A stretch of DNA of 64,000 nucleotides, from the NCBI RefSeq assembly GCF_006345805.1, contig NC_042998.1, positions 50,158,001 through 50,222,000 on the forward strand. Reading direction: 5' to 3'. Positions within the stretch are counted from its first letter, which is position 1. Every line of letters starts with the position of its first letter. The DNA is from Octopus sinensis (lineage: Eukaryota). This document shows positions 26,105 through 39,009 of the stretch, piece after piece. The notes under the pieces are model-generated. The model saw only the letters and a list, made by a program, of their open reading frames with translations, was not told where the DNA came from and searched no databases. The position numbers and the translations under genes were made by a program.

Positions 26105-26360
26105 ATCCATCCATTCATCCATCCATCTTCACCAACCACAATTCCTAGGAGAGTCGTTGTAGTAGAGTCCTCAGGTGCCTCCTCCATAAGTTCCCATTAG
26201 AAGCAACTTTCTTTACACTTTCTAGCCAGATTCTTAATAGTGACCAATTATGAACTATGAATATTATCCAAGCATCTCATTCTTGATCTACTTTCAGGTC
26301 TCCTATAGGTTGGATCGTCCTGAAGACTTCGTTTGCGATCCTTTCCTGCGACAATCTAAT
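26105..26360 (-). pseudogene. RTE-like LINE 3' end fragment
   Basis: Frameshifted reading RLSQERIANEVF / RRPESRSRMRCLDNIHS / VASNGNLWRRHLRTL resembles the RTE C-terminal RPRGRPRxRWxD motif; (GGAT)-like tail. Confidence 0.6.
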
Positions 26361-26672
26361 GTATATATAATGTGTATAAGTATGCATACTAACATGTATA
26401 TATATATTTAAGGGTGGTAGATAGATGGATAGCTACACTACTTGTCTATCCTTATGTTATGCATATATGTACATGTGTATTTTTATGTGCAAGCATACGT
26501 ATCTGTGTGTGAATACAACACACACTACACACGCACACACACACACACATACCACACACAACACACCACACACACACACACACCAAACCACACACACACC
26601 ACAGCATCCACACAACACACACAAACACACAAACACACACACACATATATATATATATAATATATATATATA

Positions 26673-27905
26673 CAGGGTACGTAAGATATTTGAGGACAGA
26701 TTTCCGGATATGAAATAACAGATAATAACTTTGTTTATCAAAAATGCTATGAGGATGAAAATAAAGCTTCTTTTTCTAAAAGTTATTCAATAAAGCCACC
26801 TTCAGCTTCTACAACTGCTTCTATATGAGATCTGAATCATCCACATGCTCGAATCAAGTGGTCCTGGTTCGTTTTGGACATTACTCTGACTGGCAGCTTT
26901 CAAAGAATCTTTGGTGTTATGGGCGTGTTCATTGACCTCTCTCTCTCTACGACGATCCACGTGTAATAGTTCAATGGATTGAGATCAAGGGAATTAGAAG
27001 GTCAAATATTAGAGGTTATGTGATCATAAAAATGTTCAACCAGTCATTCTTGTGTTACTAGAGCCACGTGTGATAGTGAGGAGTCTCACTGAAGCACAAA
27101 TGGCTTTCCATTGAATATACTGTCTATCCAGGGCTTAATAATTATTTCCAGGACCTCAATGTAGGCGGCAGAGTTAATTCTAAGTTTTTGTGGAAAGAAG
27201 TAAGGAGGCATCACATGTCCTTCATTGCTGACAACCCCTAAAACCATGACAGTTGCAGGAAATTTTGTACGCATGGCACTTGAAACTTTAGAAGAGTTTG
27301 CACATAACCATCTGTCATTTCTTCTGTTAACTTTTTGATCTTGGCCGAAGTTTTTCTCCTTTGAGAAAAACCAAATCAAATCTTCTGCCGGATTTTTCAG
27401 TTTTTTAAAGAACATTTTAAGTCTAATGTGGTTATTTTCTTTTGCTTTTTCTGACAAATTGACATTTCCTCATCATATAAGACTTATATCTGATGTCTTC
27501 GCGGGCAACATTTCTGACTGTTCCTTCTGTCATATGGAAATCTTTTGCAATTGACATCATGGACTTTCTGGGATTGTAATCAATGATCTGTTGGACTTGT
27601 TGGATAAATTCAGGTGTTCTGATGATTTCAAAGCGTTTAGCATGTTCTTTTTGCTTTGATACCAGGGATATGTTTCCATCTTCAGTCTCTAACTCCTTAC
27701 AAGCTTTGTAGACGAAAGATCTGGCAACTTTTAAAAATCGAGATATTTCTAAATCGCAAGCTCAGCCTTTTATAACCACAATTGCAGCATGTCTCTTCAT
27801 TTCTTGAGTAAATTATTATTTTCTGAAACAAAGATTATACAGAGTGAGCAAAAAACGCAGCAATGACCCCAAAAAGGTATGTCCTCAAATACCTTACGCA
27901 CCTTA
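26673..27905 (-). mobile_element. Full-length Tc1/mariner DNA transposon (1233 bp), DD37D (maT-type)
   Basis: 26-bp TIRs 26673-26698 and 27880-27905 (22/26), TA on both sides, inserted in (TA)n. Confidence 0.92.
26783..27800 (-). pseudogene. Degenerate DD37D transposase
   Basis: WFFSKEKNF..NRRNDRW, TKFPATVMVLGVVSNEG, Q*DSS then 37 codons to NPL(N)YY, ends EAEGGFIE*; several stops and frameshifts. Confidence 0.9.
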
Positions 27906-27911
27906 TATATA

Positions 27912-27944
<33 letters not shown>

Positions 27945-27955
27945 CACTTTATATA

Positions 27956-28161
27956 CGAGGGGGTTCCTGCTTTTAAGGGTGTCGCGAAAGGCCTAGTTGG
28001 AGACCCAACCCTCCGAGTTCTTTTATGGGACTTAGAAAAACTGAAGGACCGCTGCAACAAGTGTTTGAATCCTAGAGGTGAATATGTTTAATATAATCAT
28101 AATTAACTGATCCTCCTGAATTTTGTTTTATCTAGAGCCAAGATCTTTTCAGCACGTTCTC
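27956..28161 (+). mobile_element. Non-autonomous mariner MITE
   Basis: TA-CGAGGGGG start; encodes LEKLKDRCNKCLNPRGEYV* (mariner C-terminus); same family as 38344-38559 in the opposite orientation. Confidence 0.75.
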
Positions 28162-28372
28162 AGTCATTTGACTGCGGCCATGCTGCAGCACTGCCTTAAA
28201 GAGTTTTTTTAGTCGAAGACATCGACCTCTTTGTAAACCTAGTACTTATTCTACTGGTTTCTATTGCCAAGGACGTAAATACACCAACATCAGTTGTGAA
28301 GTGAGGGGAGGGGCGGGATAAACGGACTCAAAGACACACACTCATTATACTAGAAGACACTTGCCGGGGTAA
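28160..28372 (-). mobile_element. SINE family A fragment
   Basis: TCAGTCATTTGACTGCGGCCATGCTG tail. Confidence 0.7.
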
Positions 28373-28620
28373 CATGTGCGTGTGTGTGTATATGTGCGTG
28401 CGCGTGTGTTTGTGTGTGTGTGTGTGTTGTGTGTGTGTGTGTATATGTGTGTGCGTGCGTGACACCAGGAAGGCAAAAACAAAACAAAACAAAAGGGGTG
28501 AAAATATTGCTTAAGATGTTGTTGGGAGAAAGAGGAAAGCAGAATGAGGAAAGAAGAGAGAAGATAGAGATGAGAGAAAATTATATAAAAAAAAAACATG
28601 GTAAATAAAGAAATATTTAT

Positions 28621-29110
28621 GCGTCGGCGTGTCTGTGTGGTAAGAAGCTTGCTTTCCAACAACATAGTTCCGGGTTCAGTCCCAAAGCCTTGCGAGTGTA
28701 TTTCGTGTGGAAACTGAAAGAAGCACTCACACACACATATATATATATGCCTGTATGTATATATATGTAATTATACATGTATGTATATATATGTAATTAT
28801 ATATATATGTATATATATGTAATTATATATATATGTATGTATATATATGTAATTATAGACACACACACACATATGTGCATTTATGTGTGTGCCTTTGTGG
28901 TAGATTGTCTCCTTCTATCGCTTGACGACCGGTGTCGGTTTATTTACGTTACTGTAACCTAGCAGTTCAGCGTAAGAGACTGACAGACTAAGTAAGAACT
29001 TGGCTTAAAAAATAAAATGAAAGAAGATCTGGTGTCGATTCGTTCGACTAAATCTGTTTATGGCGGTGCCCCAGCATGGCCGCAGTGCAATGAATGGTAC
29101 AAATGAATCA
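28621..29110 (+). mobile_element. SINE family A with an expanded internal (TA) tract
   Basis: Head TGTGTGGTAAGAAGCTTGC...GGTTCAGTCCC; tail GCCCCAGCATGGCCGCAGTG. Confidence 0.75.
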
Positions 29111-29673
29111 CAAAAGATAAATGAAAAGGAGTAAAGAAAGAAAGACAGAAAGAAAGAAAAAGAAAGAAAAAAGACTGACAGACAGACAGACAGACAGAAA
29201 GGAAAAAAGGAATAAAGAAAGACAGAAACAAAAAAGAAAGACAGGAAGAAAGGAAAGAAAAAAAGAAAAAAAAACAGAGGAAGAAAGAAAGAGAGAAAGA
29301 ATGAAAGGAAGAAGTAAATAAAAATGTTACAGATTTTCAATGAAAAGCAGCACGGACTTGATAAAGTATCTGAAAAAAAATACGAGATGTTGGTTGTTCC
29401 AGAAATGGGAAACGGAGGAGAAAAAGAGGATTGAAAAGAAAGGAAGACGGGGGGAAAAAAAAAAAAAAACCCGGCTTAAAGATTGGAAGAAAGAAAGATA
29501 AAAAGAAAAGAAGAAGAAAAGAAAGAAAGAAAGAAAGAAAGGAAAATAGAAAGGAAGAAAGAAAAGGAGACGAGATAGACTGAAAGGAAGTAGGAAACTG
29601 CAAGCCTGAATTGGTTATTGATTGCTGGCCTTTGCTCTCCGCAGGTATTAGAAGCAACACAAGAAACCGGTGG

Positions 29674-29726
<53 letters not shown>

Positions 29727-30255
29727 TAGGCACGAACACACATACACATATGCACGTACGTATGTGTAAAGATTATAAAAGATCTCCCCCTTCTCTTTCC
29801 CGTGTTGCTTCAGATGTTGCTGGCTGTTGTTACTGGTGTTTCCTGCTGCTGCTGACACTACTTCTACTATCTTTGCTGCTGCTGCTACTGTTTGCTGCTG
29901 TTTGCTACTGTCTGCTGTTTGCTATTATATCTTACACAGTTCGATGGCGACGACGAGCTTGCTGCCCGTTCCTTGTTAATGTTATGGCTAAACGAAGTTG
30001 TGCTCCTTCATTCTTTCCACAACCTTATGTGTTTCCTTAATCAATTCTTCTTCTCTTCCTACTTCAGTTATGGAGAGAAGCAGAAGAGGACACCAAAGGC
30101 CGAGCAAGGGCGGATATGTATAAAACAATAAAAAGAAAGGAACGTGTGGGGGAGGGAAGGTGAAGGTGTGTTTGGTTGTGGTTGGTTACGTTACAGCATT
30201 TCTTAGCAGTTAGCATTTGTTTGTAGTCATGGTGAAACAGGTCTGCGTTTAGAGG

Positions 30256-30322
<67 letters not shown>

Positions 30323-30559
30323 TGTGTCTGTATGTACTCACGCATATATATGTACACGTTAATTTTATTGATATTTAGCAGAACGGAGTGACTGAAGGTC
30401 CGAGGGTTTCGTGCGTTGGCCACTCTGTTATTTCAGCTAAATATTAATAAGTATATATAATATATATATATATATATACTCACATTTTGACTCCTATTTT
30501 TCTTGTTTACATCAACATACCAGTACACATTATATATGTTAATATATTATATATATAGG

Positions 30560-30595
<36 letters not shown>

Positions 30596-30682
30596 ATATA
30601 TATATTGTGTGTGTGTGGTGTGTGTGTGGTATGTATACATGCATACGTACATATAATTTAATAATATGTTATACAATCTCCT

Positions 30683-31024
30683 GTGAAGGCGCACGGCTCA
30701 GTGGTTAGAGCGTCGAGCTTACGATCGTGAGGTTGTCAGCTCGAATCCCGTACCGGGCTGCGTGTTGTGTTCTTGAGCAAGACACTTTACTTCACGTTGC
30801 TCCAGTTAACTCAGCTGTATAAATGAGTTGCGACGTCACGGGTGCCAAGCTGTATTGGCCTTCTTGCCTTTCCCTTGGATAACACTGGTGGCGTGGAGAG
30901 GGGAGACCGGTATGCATGGGCGACTGCTGGTCTTCCATAAACCACCTTGCCCAGACTTGTGACTAGGAGGGTAAGTTTCTAGGTGCAATCCCATGGTCAG
31001 TGTCGTGACCGGAGGGGGTCCCGA
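30683..31024 (+). mobile_element. SINE family C, best-preserved copy
   Basis: Intact A and B boxes; flanking AATCTCCT direct repeat. Confidence 0.9.
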
Positions 31025-31072
31025 CTATAATCTCCTAATATAATAATGAGCATAGTGTTTTTATATATTTGC

Positions 31073-31109
<37 letters not shown>

Positions 31110-31304
31110 CCTTTACTCTTTTCTCTTCTACTTGTTTCAGTCATTCGACTGCGGCCATGCTGGAGCACCGCCTTTAGTCGAGCAAATTGACCCCGGGACT
31201 TATTCTTTGTAAGCCCAGTACTTATTCTCTCGGTCTCTTTTGCCGAACCGCTAAGTTACGGGACGTAAACACACCATGCTAGGGGGACAAACACATACAC
31301 ACAA

Positions 31305-31320
<16 letters not shown>
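31110..31320 (-). mobile_element. SINE family A, 3' half, little diverged
   Basis: CTTGTTTCAGTCATTCGACTGCGGCCATGCTGGAGCACCGCC...GCCGAACCGCTAAGTTACGGGACG. Confidence 0.88.
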
Positions 31321-31340
<20 letters not shown>

Positions 31341-31976
31341 GTTTGTCCAAAATCACGCAGAAGGAGTGAATGGTGTAGGGAGAAGAGAGAAAATATTAAC
31401 TCAGTGAAGGAGAAGTATTGAGAGTAATAGCCATAGCTGAGAGGGGGTGAGAGAAAGTTATAACAACGAGAGAGAGGAAGTGGTAAAGAGAGCGTCGTGT
31501 ATCTTCTAGTATAATAATCGTCTACTATAATAATGCTCTGGTGTATTTACCAGGCACAACATATAAATGAGAAAGGAATGGGTGGGATGGTGAAAAGTCA
31601 ACAGTAAAACAAAAATCAAACAGCGCTTCAACTCTGTGTGAGTATATGAGTGTGCGTGTAAAGGGGAGGAATGTGAATGTTTGGTGTGTATGTGTGTGTA
31701 TGTGTGTGTTTGTGTAAAATATGTTTATATATTTGAGTGAGTGTACATATTTTTGTGTATGTTTATGTAGAAAGATACACAGACAATAGAATTATAGACA
31801 CGCGCATTTACACTTACATATATATGTATGTGTGTGTGTATGTATGTAAATAAATAAATAAATATATATATATATATATATTATATATAGTATGATTATA
31901 TATATATATATAAACAGACAACTTAAAAAGAAGGAAGCGTGCTGTGACATAGTATTGAAAACCAGACCGTGCTACT

Positions 31977-32008
<32 letters not shown>

Positions 32009-32125
32009 GAGTTGAAGCACTGTTTCATATTTTTTCCTTTTTTGTACCCTTTTCATACATAAAATAACACAATTACCCGTCATTTTTGACGGCACGGGGC
32101 CAGCCAGCATTTGTATATTGTAGTA

Positions 32126-32498
32126 TCTCTCTATATATCAACGGCAGTTTGTCTGTGTGTGTTTCTGTGTGTCTGTTAGGTTGTACCCTCACCCTGACCA
32201 CGGCTTTCAACCGATTCTGATGAAACTTGACACACACATAGCCCAATGTCATAATTCAAAACTAACGCAGCGAAAGTTTTGAAAAGTTCCCCCAGTTCTG
32301 AAAAAAATCGATAAATTCGACATGGGGTCGAGAATCAGAAACACAAACCACAGACTGTCTAGGGGACGTAACTCGACCTTTTTAACTAAAAAAAAAAATT
32401 ACCATCATTTTTTTCCCCATTTTTTGGCTATAACTCTCTAAAAATGCTTTATAGTTATTTCCCTTACAAACCCGAGCAACACCGGGCGATACTGCTTG
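32126..32498 (+). mobile_element. Non-autonomous Helitron
   Basis: 5' TC after A; CCGATTCTGATGAAACTT motif; subterminal CCCGAGCAACACCGGG hairpin; CTTG (for CTAG) end followed by T, i.e. an A|T insertion site without TSD. Confidence 0.8.
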
Positions 32499-32923
32499 TA
32501 CATTATATAGTTCCATAAGTGGTAACGCACGAAACTCTGGCCGTTTGAGTCACTCTGTTGCTAATACTAACTATTAATAATAATAATGATTATATATATA
32601 TAAATAATAATGATTATATATTATAAATAAAGAGGCAAATTAGTGGAAGTCGAAACGGTGAGTGTATTAATTAATAAGGCATTAAACCAAAACGACTCTC
32701 TCCAGACAATAAAATGTGCTTCAACACACGAATTGACATATCACGTAAAGAATTTGCAAGGCAAATACAAAAAGGAACTATATATATATATACACACGCA
32801 CAAAAACATGACTATGTGTGTATGTGTGTGTGCGTGTGTAGATTCTCTTATTCTATTGAACGTTTCAGCACAAAGGTTGTGGCCATGATGGAGTACCGCC
32901 ATCTTTTCATTCACATAGATATA

Positions 32924-32968
<45 letters not shown>

Positions 32969-33689
32969 TATGTACCATTTTTTGACAGAAAATTCAGCTA
33001 AAATGTACTCCATCTCGTGGGAGATAAATATCAATTATTTAAAGGGCACAATACATGTATTTAAGCGTTACTTATAGTTTCATACGTTGGGAAATACTCA
33101 AGCATATTCTTCAGACGCAAACCACATGTAACGTGTATATTAATATTTAACACAGAGATCACCAATAGGTGATACAAATATCTAAAACGGGGCACATGCT
33201 ATATAACATAGTATAAGAAAGTATGGATATTAACTACTATGAAAAACTACAGATTTTTTCTTGTGCAAAATATGAATTGGAGGACGTTTGTGAAACTCTA
33301 TTATCTGAGTCCCATTGCTGTCGTTCGAACGAAATTAGAAGGCTCACACGTAAAATGCTCTCGCAAAGAATGCACAAGGTAATAGATAATGCCTTTAGTG
33401 TTACATATTTCTGGCCATGGATAACCCTGCCTGACACACATACTGGCCACAGCCTTCTCTGGCTGAAGCTATATAGTTTGGGCCACTGCTAAGGCTTATG
33501 GAATCCCAGTGAAAACCTCTGAATCACGAAGTTGACCAGCGGCAACGTGGGGTAGTTAAGTATCACAAAGAAGTGATGAGTTCTTGATTGAGACACCAGT
33601 ATTTAATTGATACTTTATTTTATTGGCAGAAATAGTTAAGAGCTCAGCGAGTTTTTAATTCAGAACTTAAATGACCGTATATGAATGTT

Positions 33690-33904
33690 AATTTTAAAGT
33701 TTGGTACAAGGTCTGCAATTCTGGTGAAGTGGGTAAGTCGATTGACACCGACTCCAGCACTCAACTAGTATTTATTTTATCAACCCCGAAAAGATGAAAG
33801 GCAAAGCCAACCTCAGCGAAATTTGAACTCAGAGCGTAAAGACAGACGAGGTGTCGCTAGGCATTTTGCCCAGCGTGATAACGATTCTGCCAGCTCGCCG
33901 CCTT
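33690..33904 (-). mobile_element. SINE family B (B1 tail), diverged
   Basis: TTTGGTACAAGG...GATGAAAGGCAAAG...CTGCCAGCTCGCCGCCTT. Confidence 0.8.
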
Positions 33905-35009
33905 ATGGCTGTATCAGTTTCAAAATTTGGTACTAGGAAGGGATTTTGCGTGTGATAGTCATAAGAGAATAAAATAGTCACACATGGAATCCATTTCGTC
34001 ATAAGTCTGTACGACCAATAGCACCTGGTTTAAAACAATATATTATGAAACCTGTACACAATTATTCGACTTGGAAGATATAACAGTCGAAAACTTTTTC
34101 AATTTATATTCTAGCTTTAAAAAGAAATCAAATCAAAATAAAAACATCTTTGGATGATGTAACCTCATATATAGAAAGATAGAGTGGTCATGACCGGACT
34201 ATTTTTAATCTTAGCGCGACTAGTAATTCATTAATCAATGATTCTTTCCTTTTTTTGGCTTTTGATTTTCAGTGTTACGCGTTGATTTAAAGGAAATTTG
34301 ACTCTTATTTCTGGCTGTTAGTGTGCCTGCGTCGAGATACTAATTGCTACTGAGGCGGAAATGAAGTACTAATGCAGATCTGCATGAAGTTTAAATAGAA
34401 AATAGTAAAATGTCGAAAACAAAATGGTTCTTTGCAAATAGACAAAAATAATCAATATGCTCATATAGAGAAGCGCGTACAAACACATCAATACAAGGAA
34501 TACTGGTGAAACATTCCCATCAGAAATTCTACCAAGTGTAAGCATAATAGGCAGGATATTATTGTTTAGGAGAGACAAAAAAAAAAGTGCCGTCACAGAG
34601 TTCAGCTGTCCTGCTGACGTAAATATCTCTTCGAAAATCAAAGAGAAAGAGGATAACTACAGACAACTGCTTCGATGCATCCAGCTTCTATATCCAGATT
34701 ATAAATTCCCATTTATACCAATAAATAGTTAGTGTACTTGTTTTTGTAATTAAATGCTTAAGTGATAATATAGGCAAGCCAGGGTTTTTAGAAAAAAGAA
34801 AAAAAAATCAACCATATTATTCGCATATTACAAAGACAACCTGTAAGTGGAACGGTCAAAATATCCAAGACTTTTATCGAGTTTAAAATGTGAATTTGTT
34901 TTTGTTATCTACATTTCGACGATAGTGCTATGTCTCTTTGTTTGAAATCAGCTCCTTCCTTGAAGAGAACATACGAACTTGCAGGGACACTGCTTTGATA
35001 TGTTTAACC

Positions 35010-35330
35010 GAGCAAACCGACTCAAATACTTATCTTTTTAAAGTCTTGAACTCATTCTACTGGTTTCGTTCTTTTTTTCTCAACAAACCACTAAGTCGAG
35101 TAAACATAAACAAACACCGGCTATCAATTAGTGAGAGAGACACACATGCACGCGTGGAAAATACACATGGTCATAGGTACCACGACGTTCGGCGGAGGTT
35201 CTGTCCATCAAATTTTATTTATAATATATTGGCCAACTTACGGTATGATGGAGTTAACTTGCCCAAAGTGACAAGCACTGAGATTGAACTCAAATGCGCA
35301 TGGTTTCCACAGCGAAATTCCTAACTCTAT
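35010..35330 (-). mobile_element. Strongly degenerate SINE family A
   Basis: Residual ACCACTAAG, ACTTGCCCAAAGTG and GAGATTGAACTC blocks in the expected order. Confidence 0.45.
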
Positions 35331-35636
35331 AATCGCATTTTCAGCTTATATAGAACATATACTGATACAGAAACACACATATAACTGTGTGTATATTTAG
35401 ACATACGTGTGTGTGTATGTGTGTGTGTATGTATATATGTATGTATATATGTAAGTATGTATGTATGTATATATGTAAGTATGTATGCATGTACGTCCGT
35501 ACGTGTGTATGTATTATATATAATATATATCTATTATATATATAATATATATATATAATATATATATAGATGCATATATATGTATTTATATAATACATAC
35601 ATACATTACTACATATATATTTGCATATAACATTTT

Positions 35637-35677
<41 letters not shown>

Positions 35678-36278
35678 GCATATATATGTATATAAGTGTC
35701 TGAAGGTGTATCTATCTATCTATCTTTCTATCTATCTATCTATCCATCTATCTATTTATCTATCTATTTATCTTTATCTATATATATGATTTAGCCATCG
35801 TTCTTAAAAGCATTTTAGATTGAATCATTGCTAAAATTAAGCACAACCGCCATTACTGCTTTAGAATAACATTACTTATGTTATACAATGGCTTATCTCT
35901 ATTCAAGATAAAAATGAATGCCACATTTTTCCAATTTGATATTAAATATTACTAACCTACGATAGGTGAACCGATTCTTAGAGCAGCTCTCATCTATGCA
36001 AAATCTATTACCTCTACGAAAAAAAAAAGTCCATCGTTAATATTATATTGCATGCAAGGAAATCTAAATTTCTCAAAGATAATTCTAAATAAACCAAAAA
36101 GCAAAATATTATGACCCTCTACTTTAGTGTGGGAGTGAGCTATTCTGTTCAAGAGAGCGTTGGTGTTCGGTTGTATGAGAGAGGCTTTGTACAATATATT
36201 CACGTTTTGGATTCGGGGGACAACTTAGAGATGATGGCTAATGATTACAGTGAGATGAAACATCAACCTACATGTCTA

Positions 36279-36357
<79 letters not shown>

Positions 36358-37125
36358 CACCCACATTCGTGTGTGTAGGGTGTGTATACACGTATATGTC
36401 ACTTGGATGAGATACTCAACTTGCTAAAAAAGAAAATTAGTAATGGGGGAACTCTCTATATAAAGTAGAATGAAATTTATTGATATCATATCGATTTGAC
36501 TGGGACCTCAGTTCTTTATCTAAACGACTTATTGAAGTGGTTAAATAAGCCATTAAGTACAAAATCTGAGTTCCCAGTCGGATATAAACACTCGCGCGCT
36601 TATGTATATATGTATATACCTATTGATATAGTGCTATTTAAAACTTACTTCTGTCAAGAATTCAATAAAGCAGTACTGTTATATGTAAAGGTTACTCTTC
36701 TCTGAAGATTTGACAATACGTTCTGATTATGTTATTTACATTATTCAACAAATAATCATATTTTGTAATTGAAACGTGTGTAAAATGGTGTAACTAAATA
36801 TATCTTATAAACAAAATCGCATGCTTTATTTCATAATATATATGTGTGTGTATATGTATGTGTACGCATGTACGCACATGCACACACACACGCACACACA
36901 CACATACACACACATACACACACACACACACACACAGACACACATACACACACACACAGAGTATCCATGCACAACAATAATTTCTGTTTTGTTTCTAATG
37001 CAGTGACGTGCAAGCCGACCAAAAAGCCAATCGAAAATGACCGTGATCCGGTTTTAATTTCCTGTTTTTCTCAGATAATAATAAACACTCAACACATAAG
37101 TATAGATGCATACATACATACATAG

Positions 37126-37380
37126 CTGAAGATCAGGGGAAAAGAGAACACTTACGCTGAACTATTGAGAAATCTGCAGTTACTCTATCCAGATTACAAG
37201 TTAGGGTTTATACCAGTAATTATTGGGGCCCTGAGATATGTAACATACTTCCTAAATACCAATCCTGAGAAATTAGGCTTCTCAAAACCACAAAGGAGAA
37301 AGCTGATTCGAAGGCTACAGATCCAATCCATCAATGAAACTGTAAAAATCTGTAAAACTTACCAGAAGTTTATCATTTAA
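37126..37380 (+). pseudogene. C-terminal fragment of an RLE-type non-LTR retrotransposon ORF
   Basis: KENTYAELLRNLQLLYPDYKLGFIPVIIGALRYV matches the K..KY..L....L......IPVVIGALG signature that follows the restriction-like endonuclease core. Confidence 0.7.
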
Positions 37381-37579
37381 ATATATATGGGCATTTCTAT
37401 GTAAATATATGCATGAGAATACATACATAAAAAACATACAAATCTGCACATATACATACATACATTGATAAACATGTATGCACGCATGCTTGTATATCAT
37501 AAAATTTTAACTGGTACTATAAAGTTTCACTAGTAGTTAGTTTTCCAAACCTTTGGTCAAACTTTGAAGTGACTTCCAA

Positions 37580-37622
<43 letters not shown>

Positions 37623-38343
37623 ATATGATTGAGTCTATTACTTGTATGTATGTTGTCTTTTTTTTTTCATTTAACGTTTATTGTCAGCTTTTGTCTTTTG
37701 AAGAACACTTCATAATTACTCTTCAACATACATACATATGAATTTGTATATAAACATGATATACTGGATATACACAAACATACAGATACCTGCACATATG
37801 CATGAATAGATACGCATACACACGTATACACACACACACACACACAGACAAATGCAAATATATATCCACTTAGAAATAAAGAGCAGACAGACTGAGTGGG
37901 GGGGGGGGTGTGTGACGTACACTCAATATCATTTGACGTCAATGCAATGAAGCCGTAACAAAAGAATTAGAGTAAATGTGAAAATGTTAAATATGGTTGT
38001 GACTGTCTGCGTGTGTCAGCGTATAAGTGCAAGTGTGTACGTCTATGTATATACATGTATCGGTTATGATCTTTATTCGTATGTATTTGTCTGCGTCTCC
38101 GTTGTGCATACATTTACCAATGTATAGATATAGAGAAATAATAAATAAAAAAAAAGGCTAAGGTGGAGAGTAAAGGTGGTCATGGTTGGTAATACTGTTG
38201 TTGCTATCTTTATTGTTAATGCTGCTGTTGTCGTTATTGTTTTCCAAATATAAAGAGAAAAATTGATACCAAAAATCAATACAGAAATCGTGATGAGTTT
38301 GTAGTGCAAGAGATATCGTCATAGTATTACAGACCACGACATA

Positions 38344-38559
38344 CAAGGGTGTGCTGAAAAGTTCCTGGCTTTGGGTTAAAAATAAAACAAGAGGAGCAGT
38401 TAATTATGATTTTATTGAACATATTCCCCTCCTCAGACTCACACTTATTGCAGCGATCCGTCAGATTTTCTAAGCCCTGTTAAAGAACTCGGAAGGTTGG
38501 ACCACCAACCAGACCTTTCGCGACACTCTTAAAGCCAAGAAATTTTCAGCACCCCCACG
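38344..38559 (-). mobile_element. Complete 216-bp mariner MITE
   Basis: 29-bp TIRs CAAGGGTGTGCTGAAAAGTTCCTGGCTTT / CGTGGGGGTGCTGAAAATTTCTTGGCTTT; TA on both sides. Confidence 0.85.
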
Positions 38560-38776
38560 TACTTTCGATTCCTAGTAAAAGCCATTTCACTTTGTATACA
38601 CATTTATAGGTTCAGCCTCTGCGTAGTCTCTTGAACTGAAAGAAATAGCAACCCAGTTTCCCTCAAAACCAAACTTCATTGTGTTTTTAAAATGACATGA
38701 GGGTTAGTGTGATAATATACTTCTTGATATACAAAAAGCCACAATGGTCACAGCTGAGCTTCGTTGAACATATATC

Positions 38777-39009
38777 TATTTCTTTACTACCCACAAGGGG
38801 CTAAACATAGAGGGAACAAACAAGGACAGACAAAGGGGTTAAGTCAATACATCGACCCCAGTGCGTAACTGGTACTTGAATTTATCGAGCCCCGAAAGGT
38901 ATGAAGCAAAATTTACCTCGGCGGAATTTGAACCCAGAACACGTAACGGCAGACGAAATACGGCTACGCATTTCACCCGGCGTGCTAACGATTCTGCCGG
39001 CTCACCGCC
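38777..39009 (-). mobile_element. SINE family B2 monomer (Tx1-like tail) with a perfect 20-bp TSD
   Basis: AGCTTCGTTGAACATATATC at 38757-38776 and 39019-39038. Confidence 0.9.

Noticed and set aside
29618-30040. 140-aa ORF with a long Leu-rich, membrane-like stretch
   Set aside because: It starts across a (TA)n tract and the Leu run comes from (CTG/CTA)n low complexity
13625-31024. tRNA genes suggested by A/B boxes (13625, 18973, 21008, 30683)
   Set aside because: No acceptor stem closes and each continues into a shared SINE body; these are SINE heads
32217-32235. CTGATGA followed by AAC in the Helitron
   Set aside because: No stem II or separate GAAA; it is part of the common CCGATT.TGATGAAA Helitron motif
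33223-33530. ORF 33223-33492 and a nearby W...AYGIP peptide resembling RTE RT
   Set aside because: A single short motif with no neighbouring RT motifs recognised; BLASTX would be needed
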